Shown here piece after piece: positions 63,046 through 64,000 of a stretch of DNA of 64,000 bases. The notes under the pieces are model-generated. The model saw only the letters and a program-made list of their open reading frames with translations, was not told where the DNA came from and did not search any database. The DNA comes from an uncultured Actinomycetota bacterium (GTDB lineage: Bacteria; Actinomycetota; Actinomycetes; CAVWCF01). Location of the stretch: positions 1,600,001 through 1,664,000 of the forward strand of contig CAVWCF010000001.1 in assembly GCA_963753435.1 (NCBI GenBank), written 5' to 3'. Position 1 is the first letter of the stretch, and every line of letters begins with the position of its first letter. Position numbers and translations under genes: made by a program.

Positions 63046-64000
63046 TCACGAGCGGCCTAGCACCGTAGGCATCCGCATCCGCGCCAACCGGCCCACCGAG
63101 TCGACGCTGCGCCCGTAGCCGCGCCCGCTGACGGTCAGCCGGAACTCGCCGGTGTCCAGTTGTGAGGACAACTCCGCCCAGTGCTCGCCGTGCTCCCAGC
63201 GCTGCTGCAAGGCGTTCGCGGTGGCGGTGAAGGAGAACTCCCCGGCGAAGGCGGGATGCTCGTTGCGCAACCGGACGGCGTTGAGGGTGGCCCGCACCAC
63301 CGGCCGCCGCAGCGCGGACGCGATCTCGCTGCGGGTGTAGCGGTGCCGGTTGATATCGCGAGCCTCGCCGGTCTGCGCCAACAGCGCCTGATCGTTGGCC
63401 CCGGCCAGCAGCCCCACGTAGTACAGCTGCGGCAGGCCCGGGGTGAACAGTTGAATGAGCCGCGAGAGCAGGTGCAGGTCGTCGTCCTGACCGACCGCGC
63501 TGTACCAGGTGCAGTTGAGCCGGTATCGGTTCAGTTCTGCGGGGCTGCGTTCGTTGGCGCGCTGAGCGCCGTCACCGGTGTGCTCGTAGACGTGAGCGAA
63601 CAGCGCCTCGATCTGCTCGTCGTTCAGCAGCCCTTCCAGACCCCGCGGGTCATCGGCGGCGTCGATGATGCCGATGCCGTCGTGGGTGTCCAGAACCGTC
63701 AACGCGTTGTGGGGCCGCTTGGCCAACCATCTCGCCAGCGGTTGGGAATCGCCGGTGAGGATGCCGTGCAGCACCAACGGGGCCAGCGCGAAGTCGTACA
63801 CGTAGTCGACGCACTCGGCCAGCCGCCACTGGTAGGAGTGGTGGGCGTGAACCTCAGCGACGGTCTTGACGCCCATCTCGCCGGCCAGTTCGGTCACCCG
63901 CTGCAGCCCGTCGAGGGTGTCGGGGATGAGGAAGCAGGAGGTGCCCGCCTTCTTGATGGCGTAGCCGACGGCATCCAGCCGGACCAGGCGCACGCCGTTC
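63046..64000 (-). CDS. Sucrose phosphorylase-like GH13_18 enzyme, 5'-truncated by window edge
   Basis: RLDAVGY..KK.GTSCF, EVH, YDFAL, TVLDTHDGIG, PQLYYVGLLAG.ND, RDINRH. Confidence 0.88.
   Translation of the reverse strand, partial: NGVRLVRLDAVGYAIKKAGTSCFLIPDTLDGLQRVTELAGEMGVKTVAEVHAHHSYQWRLAECVDYVYDFALAPLVLHGILTGDSQPLARWLAKRPHNALTVLDTHDGIGIIDAADDPRGLEGLLNDEQIEALFAHVYEHTGDGAQRANERSPAELNRYRLNCTWYSAVGQDDDLHLLSRLIQLFTPGLPQLYYVGLLAGANDQALLAQTGEARDINRHRYTRSEIASALRRPVVRATLNAVRLRNEHPAFAGEFSFTATANALQQRWEHGEHWAELSSQLDTGEFRLTVSGRGYGRSVDSVGRLARMRMPTVLGRS

Overview
High-GC actinobacterial chromosomal window of mostly conserved core genes. It contains nitrobindin-nur-ygfZ, dtd, rsiG(amfC)-asparaginase, mshA-ybjN-gpmA, phoU/phoR-phoP with an 11-nt-spaced PHO box, carD-ispD-ispF-cysS-rlmB, an arginine deiminase operon facing rocD, tRNA-Thr(UGU), SAM-I riboswitch-thrC-like-moaD, cspA, groEL2 with tandem CIRCE, the XPB helicase locus, serC, citrate synthase, pdxH, photolyase, ideR, a CsoR-family regulator, a P-type ATPase and an rbpA-like gene. 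I found no integrase, transposase, prophage or CRISPR array. The most notable candidates are: (1) a ~930-aa DUF4388/coiled-coil protein with a MinD-like C-terminal tail, divergent from a twin-motif c-di-GMP anti-sigma rsiG and preceded by a WhiG/FliA-type promoter; (2) a putative split regulon of a His-less CsoR-family repressor controlling a 38-aa Cys-rich peptide and a Rieske protein; (3) an orphan ParA coupled to a Lys-rich partner; (4) a dispersed inverted-repeat element family; (5) a +1 frameshift in mshA; (6) small membrane peptides absent from the ORF track. All family calls are from motif recognition by eye, not from database searches.
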